From: Chiloscyllium plagiosum
Lineage: Eukaryota
DNA: 64,000 nt
Direction: 5' to 3'
Assembly: GCF_004010195.1 (NCBI RefSeq)
Contig: NC_057750.1
Coordinates: forward strand, 6,999,696 to 7,063,695
In this document: one piece after another, positions 37,160 through 47,785 of the stretch
How the letters are laid out: each line of letters opens with the position of its first letter
How positions within the stretch are numbered: the first letter of the stretch is position 1
Position numbers and translations under genes: made by a program
Notes under the pieces: generated by a model
Databases searched by the model: none
The model's input: the letters and a program-made list of their open reading frames with translations, nothing else
What the model was told of the DNA's origin: nothing

Positions 37160-40100
37160 GCCTCAAAGTGCCTAATGGATTCTTAAGGTCTGATTAAGAT
37201 GAATACAAGAAGATATGTGGGCTTCAATATAAAACAAATTTATTAGCTTATTCAACTTTAGATTTATGCAAACTAATGAGTGGATCTATTAACTTAAACT
37301 ACATTAGGTATATTCAACAGGCGAGTCTTGGTGCCTTGTCTTCACGTCAGAGTTGTCCTGGGTGAAGGCTGCCACTTGGAGTTCTATCTTTGCACCTAAG
37401 TCCCCCATCTCGCGAACCCCTTGTGTGATGAGAGAAAGTCCCTCTAGGTGGGGAAAGTCCTTGATGTTATTCTAAATCTGATATGTGCTGTATTGCCGTG
37501 CTGAGTACTTCCCCAGCTGCAGCAATGTTGTTAGGCTGGCAGTTTCCATTAGTGGTCATTTAATTTCTTCCTGAACAATCCAACCCATTAATACCTGATC
37601 CAAATTAAAACCACCTTGACTGTTTCCATTGGTTCGTGTTTTAAATTAAAATTTAAAGATTTAAATATATTTGCCCTTTAAAATTCAATTGAATTTCCTG
37701 TTGCACACTTGAACTAGCCACTTGTATCAAGGCATTTTATCAATCCCAATTTCAGAAACAATTGCATCTAGGCTTGGTGGTTTTAAACAGTGTTCTTATG
37801 TTGGAGATTCCAGTGACTGTAGTTAGTTCAGGGTTCCCCTGTTTTAAAAGGCTCTGTCTCCATAACAGTCATGTCATTGAATCCCCTACAGTACAGAACC
37901 AGGCCATTCAGCCCATATTAATCCTTCAAAGAGCATCCCACCCTGTCCCTGCATTTCCCATTGATAATCCACCTAGCCTGCACATCCACGGACATTATGA
38001 GAAATAAGCAAGGCCATTCCAACTAACCTGCACAGCTTTGGACTGTGGGAGGAAACCCACACAGACACAGGGAGAATGTGCATACTGCACACAGGCAATG
38101 TGAAGTTCCAGCCAGAAACTGGAATCGAACCCAGATCCATGGCAGTCTGAGGCAGCAATGTGAACCACTGAGCCACCGTGCCGTTCTAAGACTAACGACT
38201 CCCTTACTGCTTTCTTGAAATCTGTTCAAAACAAAGTCCACTTTGGCTCAGGAAGACACCCAATGGGTTAATAAGGTCCAGAATTTAGTCCAGTCCAAAA
38301 TTACACGTCTCTGTTCTGCGCTGTATTGTTCTCCTCATGGCAGGAGGTGTGTGAGAAGATTTAAAACTGTCAGTAGAAGGAGTTAACTCTACTGGTCTCA
38401 AAAACAGCAGGCCCAAGTAACCAGGTGACGTCATGTCGTACTGTCACGTTTAAAACTGTCAAAATCTCCTGATCATTTCAAACTGACAGTTTGAATTTTT
38501 CTTGTCTCAAAGAGAAAAAGTTTTCTATTTCTTCCTTTTAACACCACCTTCAAAATATGAATATACAAAAAAATTCTCATTCTGAACTCGGAGTTCAGTT
38601 TGGAGGCTTTCCAAAACAGGTTTATCTGTGTTATGAGAACAAGTCAGACTATGTTTTTTTCCACAACACCTTTCTACAGCAATTAAAAAAAAGCACCTTT
38701 TAAACCTTTCAATGAAATAAGATTTGAAAGTATTGAACCTATGATGCTTTCAGTTTACTTTGTTTTGGTTCTGATCTCCGTTGAATGTGAGAGATGCCAT
38801 CCCTGTAACTATCATGGGAACTCTCTCTGATACAGTCCAATTTTCACAGAGGGCTCCTTTAATTTCGTTGGGGTAAAGGGACTTTTTAATCTCTTCCCTA
38901 ACTTTGCATAAAGGTCCTATTCCTTCGTCCAACCCTTCCAGCACATTGGTGACATTACACACCAGCCTTGCCTCACTGCACAGAGATGAAACTGTTGGGG
39001 AAACCCTGTCAATTACATTCTCAAGGTTACCTGCCCTGTCTTGCAAGATAACAGCCCCAGCTGCTATCTGTTCTCCGATTTCTGTCTGGTTTATTTTAAT
39101 TTTTGTTCAATCATGGGAAAAGTCCATTTCATCATTGCTTTCCATATCAACATCCAGTCAATCCAGTTACAATGTTGTGTCTAACCAAAGTCCTTTCCCT
39201 TGTATTACACATAATGGGTACTGTGCTTTGTGGTTGGTAATCGGCTTTACCCTGTAACTTCCCCGCAGCTTTCTGTTTTCTTGTCCAACTGTAAAGCAGA
39301 CAAATGGACACTAACTTATTACGGAGGAGAACTTCTTCAAGGTAGGCATCTCTGGAAAAGGTGTGGAATTAGTCCTCCTGGGAGCAGATGCGGCGGGTGG
39401 ATTTGGGAATAAGGGATAGCATTTTTACAATGGAATTGGTCCTCTTCCACTGTAACTTATTATGAACTGTTTCAAATTCAGTAGTTCCTTTTGGAGGTCT
39501 AGCAGCATATGTGGAGAGAAATCAGAGTTAACGTTTTGTGTCCAGTGACCCTTCCCCAGGACTGAACAGTTTATGAGGAATATACTGGACCTGAAACATT
39601 AGCTGTGATTTCTGTCCACTGATGTTTGCCAGCAATTTCTGTTTGTTTCTGAATCTGGGTTCTTTGTTTTTTTGCTCCTTTCATAACCTCTTTTGCAAGT
39701 CCATCTATTACCGTCACATATTTCCACAGTTTCCAGTAAAACGCTTGCTACCAATGCTCCTAACTTTCCCATTAAGCTAAGGATCAATAGTATTTTGGAA
39801 TACCCGGTGTTCATGGTAACTTCAATTAAAAATTGCTGCTTCTCACAGCTTCTCAAACTTAAAGCCAATTAAACCATTACTCCCATGGTAGAATAATTAG
39901 TTAGATAAAGAAAGTGTACGCCTGTGACAATTGGAGATGTTCATTGACACTGGAGGACAAACAGACAGCATCTCCTCTCCAGCCAAAGGAACTCATCCCT
40001 CAGTCTTTCACCTCTTCCTTTACCCTCTTGAGCATTTTGTTCAAACGCTGCTCACTGTGCCAAGTGTACTGTTAGATTGAAATTGCTAACGGGTTCTTTA

Positions 40101-40680
40101 AGTTCTGATCAAAATGCATACAGGAAGACACATGCACTTCTAAATAAAGCAAGTTTGTTGGCTTAATGTAACTTGGCTTTTTTGCAATGTTGGACTTTTT
40201 ATTTCTCTATTTTCTAAGCTCTGGTAACTGAAGAAGCTGGACCTGGGTAGGTTTGCGATGTAAGTGGGGACTTATAAACTTTTCACTGCACTCGTTTGAG
40301 TACATGTGACAATAAAACTAATTCTAATTCATCTACTTCAGATATACAAACGAATGAGTAAATCGATTAACTACTTGAGACGTATTCAACAAGTCTCACT
40401 GCCTTGTCTTCATATCAGGGATTGATGATTGCCACTTGGAGCTCTACCTTCATTCCCATTGGCCCAGTCTTGACCCCAATGCAATGGTGAAAGTCCCTGA
40501 AGCTGGGGAAAGTCCCCATTATTAATACTTTCCCAGGCATTCCTCTGTGCTCGGCGGCCAGAAACAAGTCCAGGTGCCGCTACAAAACAGATTGTTCCCA
40601 ATCTCGAGGCAAGGTCATTGCAGTTACCTTCCTGCCAAAACAGGCTGCTTTTACAGTTAGGTAAAACAAAACTCTCCAGA
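37160..40680 (-). mobile_element. Decayed LTR-type element: two diverged direct repeats around a broken gag-like reading frame
   Basis: 37260-37461 is similar to 40339-40517. The - strand frame from about 39420 to 38750 reads YPLFPNPPAASAP... with several stops. Confidence 0.5.
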
Positions 40681-40689
40681 TACTGGAGA

Positions 40690-41000
40690 TTAGATTACAT
40701 TACATTACAGTGTGGAAACAGGCCCTTCGGTCCAACAAGTCCACACCGACCCGCCGAAGCACAACCCACCCATACCCCTACATTTACCCCTTACCTAACA
40801 CTACGGGTAATTTAGCACGGCCAATTCACCTGACCTGCACATCTTTGGACTGTGGGAGGAAACTGGAGCACCCGGCGGAAACCCATGCAGGCACGGGGAG
40901 AACGTGCAAACTCCACACAGTCAGTCGCCTGAGGCGGGAATTGAACCCGGGTCTCTGGCACTGTGAGGCAGCAGTGCTAACCACTGTGTCACCGTGCCGC
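40690..41000 (-). mobile_element. HE1-type SINE
   Basis: Reverse complement of the 53757-54060 family. Confidence 0.92.
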
Positions 41001-41129
41001 CTACATCAGGAGATGTGAAACAAAATCTGAAATGGCTGGCTAAGCTCAGCAGATCTATGGGAAGGAAGCAGAGTTAACATTTCGAGTTGGGTGACTTCAT
41101 CAGAACTCTTACACTGAGCAATTTTTGAG

Positions 41130-41380
41130 AAGGTATGTAGCTCAGGTTGATGATAAGCATGTAAGTTAGCTCGCTGAGCTGGAAGGTTTGTTTTCAGATG
41201 TTTCGTCATCATGACGAGGTAACATTATCAGTGAGAGTCTCCGGTGAAGCACTGATGGTATGTCCCATACCACACCACCAGCGCTTCACCAGAGACTCTC
41301 CCTGATTATGTTACCTTGTCATGGTGACGAAACATCTGAAAACAAACCTTCCAGCTCAGCGAGCTAACTTACATACTTAT
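41130..41380. mobile_element. Palindromic Penelope-derived element of a different family
   Basis: Inverted arms share gtaagttagctcgctgagctggaaggtttgttttcagatgtttcgtca; each arm has a degenerate core CTGAT(T/A)A-tGTTACC..G(G/A)TGAC-GAAA-CATC. Confidence 0.7.
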
Positions 41381-42559
41381 CTTACACTAAGTTGTTTTTC
41401 ACATATTTTCCTTCGGTTGCTTATTGCCATCTCCAGTCAACTCTTAACGATTAACGATCTAGTTCAGAGATATCACTTTTACACTAAAAGAGGCTTGTTA
41501 ACTTTTGAAATATTCTTCACACAGCTTTTTTTAAATTAGATATAAAAGTAGTGGGAATAAAGTCTGCATGGCTGAGTTAAAATTCAGGCAGTGTCTTTCC
41601 AAATAGCCATGGAAAGGGAGGACACAGTGAGCAGTTGGAGAGATGGTGGGGGTGGACTTTGCAGGCTAGTTGAAGGTGTGTGGGAGGGCAGTGTCATGTG
41701 ATTTAACCTCTAGGAGAACACCAAATCAGGAATGACAACTTTATTGGGATCCCTGGTTCCCCCCTCCTTGAGACCAAGAATATTCTGGAGTACTGTGTAC
41801 AGTTTGGGTCTCCTTACTAGAGAAAGGATGTACTGGCCCTGGAGGGGAGGGGGGGCAGAGGAGGTTCACTAGGTTGGTTCTGTAGTTGAGCGGGTTGGCT
41901 TATCAGAAGAGATTAGATAGACTGGGACTATACTCATTGGACTGAGACACGATCTTATACAAACATTTACAATTATGAAGGGAATAGATAGAATAGAAGC
42001 AGGGTGGTTGTTTCAGCTCCTGAACTAGAGGGCATAGCCTCCACCTCCTGATGCTGCCTGGCTTGCTGTGTTCTTCCAGCCTCCTGCCTGTCTACTCAAC
42101 ATAAGGGAGAGCAAATTTAGGATGGAATCCTGATGAAGGGCTCTTGCCCGAATTCTCCTGCTGCTCGAATGTTGCCTGACCTGCTGTGCTTTTCCAGCAC
42201 CACACTCTCAACTCTGATCTCCAGCATCTGCAGTCCTCACTCTCTGCTAGATTTCAGACTGAACTGAGGAGGAACTTCTTTGTCCAAAGGATCGTGAACC
42301 TGTGGAAATCCCCCCCCCCCCCCCCCCCCCCCCGCCCCAGTGAAGCTGTTAAGGCTACCTTGTTCCTTGTTGAATGTTTTGAAGCTATGATATGGAGGTG
42401 CCAGTGTTGGACTGGGGTGGACAAAGTCAGAAGTCACTCGATACCAGGTAATAGTCCAACAGGTTTATTTGAAATCACAAGCTGCTCCTTCATCAGACGG
42501 GGGCAAGGACAAGATAGATTGTTGAACGGTAAAATAATTAAGGGTTATAGTGAGTAGAG

Positions 42560-42793
42560 GAGAAAGTGAGGTCTGCAGATGCTGGAGATCAAAATTGAAA
42601 CTTTATTGCTGGAACAGCACAGCAGGTCAGGCAGCATCCAGGGAACAGGAGATTCGACGTTTCGGGCACAGGCCCTTCCTCAGGAATGGGCCTGTGCCCA
42701 TTCCTGAGGAAGGGCCTGTGCCCGAAACGTCGAATCTCCTGTTCCCTGGATGCTGCCTGACCTGCTGTGCTGTTCCAGCAATAAAGTTTCAAC
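42560..42793. mobile_element. Non-autonomous Penelope-derived palindromic element with 15-bp TSD
   Basis: Perfect 97-bp arms (42595-42691 and 42696-42792); TSD ttatagtgagtagag at 42545-42559 and 42794-42808. Confidence 0.85.
42700..42735 (+). ncRNA. Minimal type I hammerhead ribozyme motif; mirror copy on the - strand at 42652-42687
   Basis: ATTC-CTGAGGA-A-GGGC ctgt GCCC-GAAA-CGTC-GAAT: stem I ATTC/GAAT, core CUGANGA/GAAA, stem II, palindromic ACGU stem III and GUC cleavage triplet. Confidence 0.72.
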
Positions 42794-43306
42794 TTATAGT
42801 GAGTAGAGCTAAGTCCACAAAAAAGATCAGTCATGATCTTATTAAATGGCGGAGGAGCCCCAAGGATGGCCTACTCCTGTTGCTGTCTCTTTGTTCTTAT
42901 TTAAGTGTGCAATTTACGAGGTCAAGTAACAGCCTGTGATAACAGACCCGGGACTTCCTGATTGCCACATAGTCTAGTGCTGCTATCAACCAACGCGCTA
43001 GACAATTAACCCTTCCGTTTAAAAACCGGCTCGAGTAGAGATGCAATAGTTCAAGTCGAAGAAATGGAGAGAGCTTGGCCACTTGTTCCCATACCTGACA
43101 GATCTCTCGGACGCTGGCTTATCAAGGAGGTTTCACCTAAATCAGGTTCCCCAAATTAAAAAGAAATTCCACAATTCTAACCACTTAGCATTCCTATCTG
43201 AATGCCTACTTTGTTTTATGTACATGGCCTTCCCTCATCTTGTTAAAAACATCAATACCAAATCCAGAACACTATACAGATGTGGGAGTGACCACAATTA
43301 CATTTA

Positions 43307-43803
43307 GAGTCATGGAGTCATAGAGATGTACATCACAGAAACACACCCTTCGGTCCAACTCGTCCATGCTAACCAGATATCCTAAATTAATCTTGTCCCA
43401 TTTGCTAGCACTTGGGCCGTATCCCTTTAAACCCTTCCTATTCATATACCCATCCAGATGCCTTTTTAGTGTTTTAAGTGTATCCACCTCCACCACATCC
43501 TCTGGCAGCTCATTCCATACACACACCACCCTCTGTGGAAAAAGTCACCCTTTAGGTCCCTTTTAAATTTTCCCCCTCTCACCCTAAACCTATGCCCTCT
43601 AGCTCTGGACTCCCCAACCCCAGGGAAAAGACTTTGTCTATTTATCCTATCCATGTCCCTCATGATTTTATAAACCTCTATAAGATCACCCCTCAGCCTC
43701 CGACACTCCAGGGAAAACAGCCCCAGTGTATTCAGCCTCTCCCTATAACTCAAACCCTCCAACTCCGGCAACATCCTTAAATCATTTCTGAACCCTTTCA
43801 AGT
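43307..43803 (-). mobile_element. CR1 3' fragment
   Basis: LSYRERLNTLGLFSLECRRLRGDLIEVYKIM plus a CR1 3' tail. Confidence 0.9.
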
Positions 43804-44214
43804 CTTTCTAAATGGTTAACAAAAACAATTGAGAATCAAAAACATGGAATGCTAGATAAACTCAGCAGATCTGGTGGCATTAGTGGAGAGAGAAAAACAG
43901 AGTTCACAATTCGAATCCAGTTACCCGTTGTCAGAACAAGACATCACAGTAGACTCGAAACGTGAGTCTGCTGTGATGTCTTGTTTTGACGAAGGGTTAC
44001 TGGACTCAAATTGTGAACTCTATTTTTCTCTCTCCACAGATACTGCCAGAATTGCAGAGTTTCTCCTGGAATCTGTGTTTGTTTCGGATTTTCAGTATCC
44101 ACAGGATTTTGCTTTTATTTCAATTGAGAAAAAAAACCCTTGTGCCAACATTTGGTGTCTCTGTCCTTTCCCTGTCCTGGTGCTATAAGATATTTACCCA
44201 TTTGGAGAGGGTCA

Positions 44215-44410
44215 ATTAGCCTCAGTTGGCTGGATGGCTCATGAGTGACGCCAACAGCATGGGTTCAATTCTTGTACTAGCTGGGGTTACCATGCAAAAC
44301 TCTCCTTCTCACCCTGTCCCCTCGCCTGAGGCGTGGTGACCCTCAGGTTAAACTCACTGCCAGTCGTCACTCTGGAATGACTGAGCAGCCCTATAATCTG
44401 ATAGGGCCAC
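44215..44410 (+). mobile_element. Old tRNA-derived SINE of another family
   Basis: tagcctcagttgg..gccaacagcatgggttcaattc head with cctgaggcgtggtgaccctcaggttaaac core. Related copies at about 20640-20820, 20845-21030 and 35060-35250. Confidence 0.6.
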
Positions 44411-44686
44411 AACTTTATCTTTACGCCTTGGAAGGTTAAAAAGTTGCTTTGGCACCAATGGAGTGTGGTTGGGGTAGCTGGTGGATTCATTCAGTGGTAG
44501 AGGAGCTGCCAGTTGCTTGCCCTCAGTGAACTAAAGCAGAGTTCAATGAGTCTGGTCAATAATGGCCTCTGGCCCCAACATTGTAGCCAGCTGAGAATTG
44601 TTAAACATTAGCCGCCTGGTCAATTGGCACCAGCAGTGACCTATTCCCTTGCCCTAACTCCTGAATAGTATTTCACAGAGTGCAGG

Positions 44687-45128
44687 AGAAAGTGAGGACT
44701 GCAGATGCTGGAGATCAGAGCTGAAAATGTGTTGCTGGAAAAGCACAGCAGGTCAGGCAGCATCCAAGGAGCAGGAGAATCGACATTTCGGGCATGAGCC
44801 CTTCCTCAGGAATCGTTTTACGTGGCTGAAGAGCTTCTGGGCAGAGGAGATGACCTGGGGTGTGCAGTGAGAGAGGGACTCACTGAAATCCTTATAGAGG
44901 GAGGAAGAGAGCTTCTTCAAGGAAGGCATCCTTGCAAGAGGATTCGCAGTAGGTTAAAATCTTCGAGGAGAAAGTGAGGACTGCAGATGCTGGAGATCAG
45001 AGCCGAAAATGTGTTGCTGGAAAAACGCAGCAGGTCAGGCAGCATCCAAGGAGCAGGAGAATCGACGTTTCGGGCATGAGCCCTTCTTCGATTCTCCTGC
45101 TCCTTGGATGCTGCCTGACCTGCTGCGC
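44687..45128 (-). mobile_element. Truncated Penelope-like element: two direct terminal repeats around an ORF N-terminus plus an inverted tail; 16-bp TSD
   Basis: gagaaagtgaggactgcagatgctggagatc... repeats at 44686 and 44968; the - strand encodes MPSLKKLSSSLYKDFSESLSHCTPQVISSAQKLFSHV; TSD tttcacagagtgcagg at 44671-44686 and 45129-45144. Confidence 0.75.
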
Positions 45129-45518
45129 TTTCACAGAGTGCAGGCAACAATGGGAAATTTTGTCACCCACCTCTAATCGCTCTTGAACTGGATGTCTTGC
45201 TGAGCTATTGCAGAGGGCAGTTAAGAGTCAGCCACATCGCTGCGAGTCAAGAGAGTGGTGCTGGGAAAGCACAACAGGTCAGGCAGCATCCGAGGAGCAG
45301 GAGAATCGACGTTTCGGGCAAAAGCCCTCCATCGCTGAGAGTCTGGAGTTACGCGTAGGCCAGACTGGTTGGGGATACTTCCTTCCCTTAAAGGCATAAG
45401 TGATGCCTGAACTGTTTTGTTTTGCAACAGTCAGCACATGGTAACATGGTTGCCATTAGTCTAGCTTTTTAATTCCAGATTAGTTAATTGAATTTAAATT
45501 CCAATGTGGGTTTGAACC

Positions 45519-46144
45519 CGCTCTCTCCAGAGTATTTGCTGGAGATTATTGATCCGTTGACTTTACCACTGAACCACAATGTTCCTCAATTTGTTATTTT
45601 TTAATGACTCAAGTGGTTAGCACTCAACTCCACACACACTCAACTCTCCCATGCTCTTGAAAGTCACTTTCAAATGTTGGAATAGCAGCTCAGTGGTTAA
45701 CACTACTGCCTCACAGTACCAGGGGTCTGGGTTTAATTCCACCCTCGGGCAACTGTCTGTGTGGAGCTTGCACATTCTCCCTGGTTTGATTAGATGAGAT
45801 TCCCTACAGCTTGGGAACAAGCCATTCGGCGCTCTCTCCAGAGTATTTGCTGGAGATTATTGATCCATTGGCTTTACCACTGAACCACAATGTTCCTCAA
45901 TTTGTTATTTTTTAATGACTCAAGTGGTTAGCACTCAACTCCACACACACCCAACTCTCCCATGCGCTCTTGAAAGTCACTTTCAAATGTTGGAATAGCA
46001 GTTCAGTGGTTAACACTGCTGCCTCACAGTACCAGGGGTCTGGGTTTAATTCCACCCTCGGGCAACTGTCTGTGTGCAGCTTGCACATTCTCCCTGGGTT
46101 TGATTAGATTAGATTCCCTACAGCTTGGGAACAAGCCATTCGGC
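45519..46144 (+). repeat. Recent tandem duplication of about 311 bp including SINE pieces
   Basis: 45519-45830 is nearly identical to 45830-46144. Confidence 0.9.
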
Positions 46145-47329
46145 TCAACCAGTCCACACCGACCCTCTGAAGAGTGACCCACCCAGACCCATTTCCCTCT
46201 GACTAATGCACCTAACACGATGGGCAATTTAGCATGGCCAAGTCACCCTGACCTGCACACCTTTGCACTGTGGGAGGAAACCAGAGCACCTGGAGGAAAC
46301 AAACTCCACACAGACAGTCACCCGAGGCTGGAATCGAACCTGGGACCCTGGTGCTGTGAGGCCGCAGTGCTAACCACTGAGCCACCGTGCCACCTCATTC
46401 CACCCACAGGGCAAAGATGTGCAGGTTAGGGTGGATTGGCTGTGAGAAACTGCCCCATTGTGTCCAGGGATGTGCAAATTAGGTGGGTCAGCCATGGGGA
46501 ATGTAGGGTTACAGGGACTGTGTAGGATGCTCTTTGGAGGGTTGGTGGGGACCTGATGGCTGATAACCTGCTTTGACGCAGTAGGTATTCTACGAAATGT
46601 TAAACTATAAATAGAATTTATTCTCTAATTTTGTCATAAGAACAGAAGTCAGCCATCTGTCCCCTCCAGCCTGTATCACCATTCAATAAGACCATGGCTG
46701 ATCCTTATCATGGCCTCAGCTCCACTTACCCACCTGCTCACCATAACCCTTAATCCCTTTACTGTTCAAAAATCTATCTTTGCCTTAAAAATATTCAACA
46801 GGGAAGCCTCAACTGCTTCACTGGTCGGGGAATTCCACAGATTCCCAACCCTTTGGATGAATAAGTTCCTCCTCAGCTCAGTCTGAAATCTGCTCCCCCT
46901 AATTTTGAGGCTAAGCCCCTAGTTCTAGTTTCACTCTCCTTGTTTCTATCTTATCTATTCCCTTCGTAATTTTATATGTTTCTATACCCACTTGTCCTCA
47001 CTTCTTATTTGATCTGTTATAGGGAAAAAAATACTTGCATTTATATAGCACCTCGAGCAATCCCAACACACTTCACAGGCAACAAAGTACTTTTGAGGCT
47101 TAGTGAATGTTATAACGAAATGCAAATTTTCCCACAAACAGCAGGTTATGTGTTTTGTGGTGTTGTTAGAGGGTGGGGGAAATCTACCTTCTTTCCAAAT
47201 AGTGGTGTCTGTTAAGTCCATCTGAGGGAGAAGGTGTGGCACGTCTGGCCATGCAGCATTCGCTCGGGACTGCAGGGCCCTCACGACTCTGCAGTGGAGC
47301 CCAGAGAGAGGGAGAGTTGAATTATCCTC

Positions 47330-47785
47330 CCTGTTCATCTGCCCTTTTAAGGAGATCTCTACCGTAGCCCTTTTAAATTGCACAGTGCTGGCGGAAGTGC
47401 AAGGCTGTGCATTGTGGGGCTGGTCGAATATGTGAATACTGGGACCAGGGAGTGGAGGGAATACAGTGTAACATAGAGTGGTTATAGTGTGGCGGGGAAC
47501 AGTTAGGAGGGAGCATGTTACGACAGGACTGTGTTCACTGCTGAAGAGGTATGCAACTTACTGCAGTGATCTAGAGAAGTGCAATAACAAAAAAAAAGAG
47601 AACATCCTGGGCAGGTTAATAACTCGCCTCTTTACAGAGAAAGAAACAGAGGAAGCAAGAGAAAAATCGGTGTGTGTGTGCAAGCAAGCCTGACACACAC
47701 GTTAAGGACAGGAATTTGCTTTGCAGAATCTTTACCAGCCTCTGAAAGAGAATCTTCAAAAAAAAAACCAAACATGAGGTAGGAC
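47330..47785 (+). promoter_or_regulatory. Candidate promoter and first exon ending in a start codon plus splice donor (ATG AG|gtagga)
   Basis: Repeat-poor island; ETS-type GGCGGAAGTG at 47389-47398; A-rich Kozak context aaccaaacATGAG at 47774 followed by a GT donor at 47779. Confidence 0.4.

Noticed and set aside
42550..42939. Similar ORFs on both strands (KLKLYCWNSTAGQAASREQ...)
   Set aside because: This is an artefact of the perfect palindrome.
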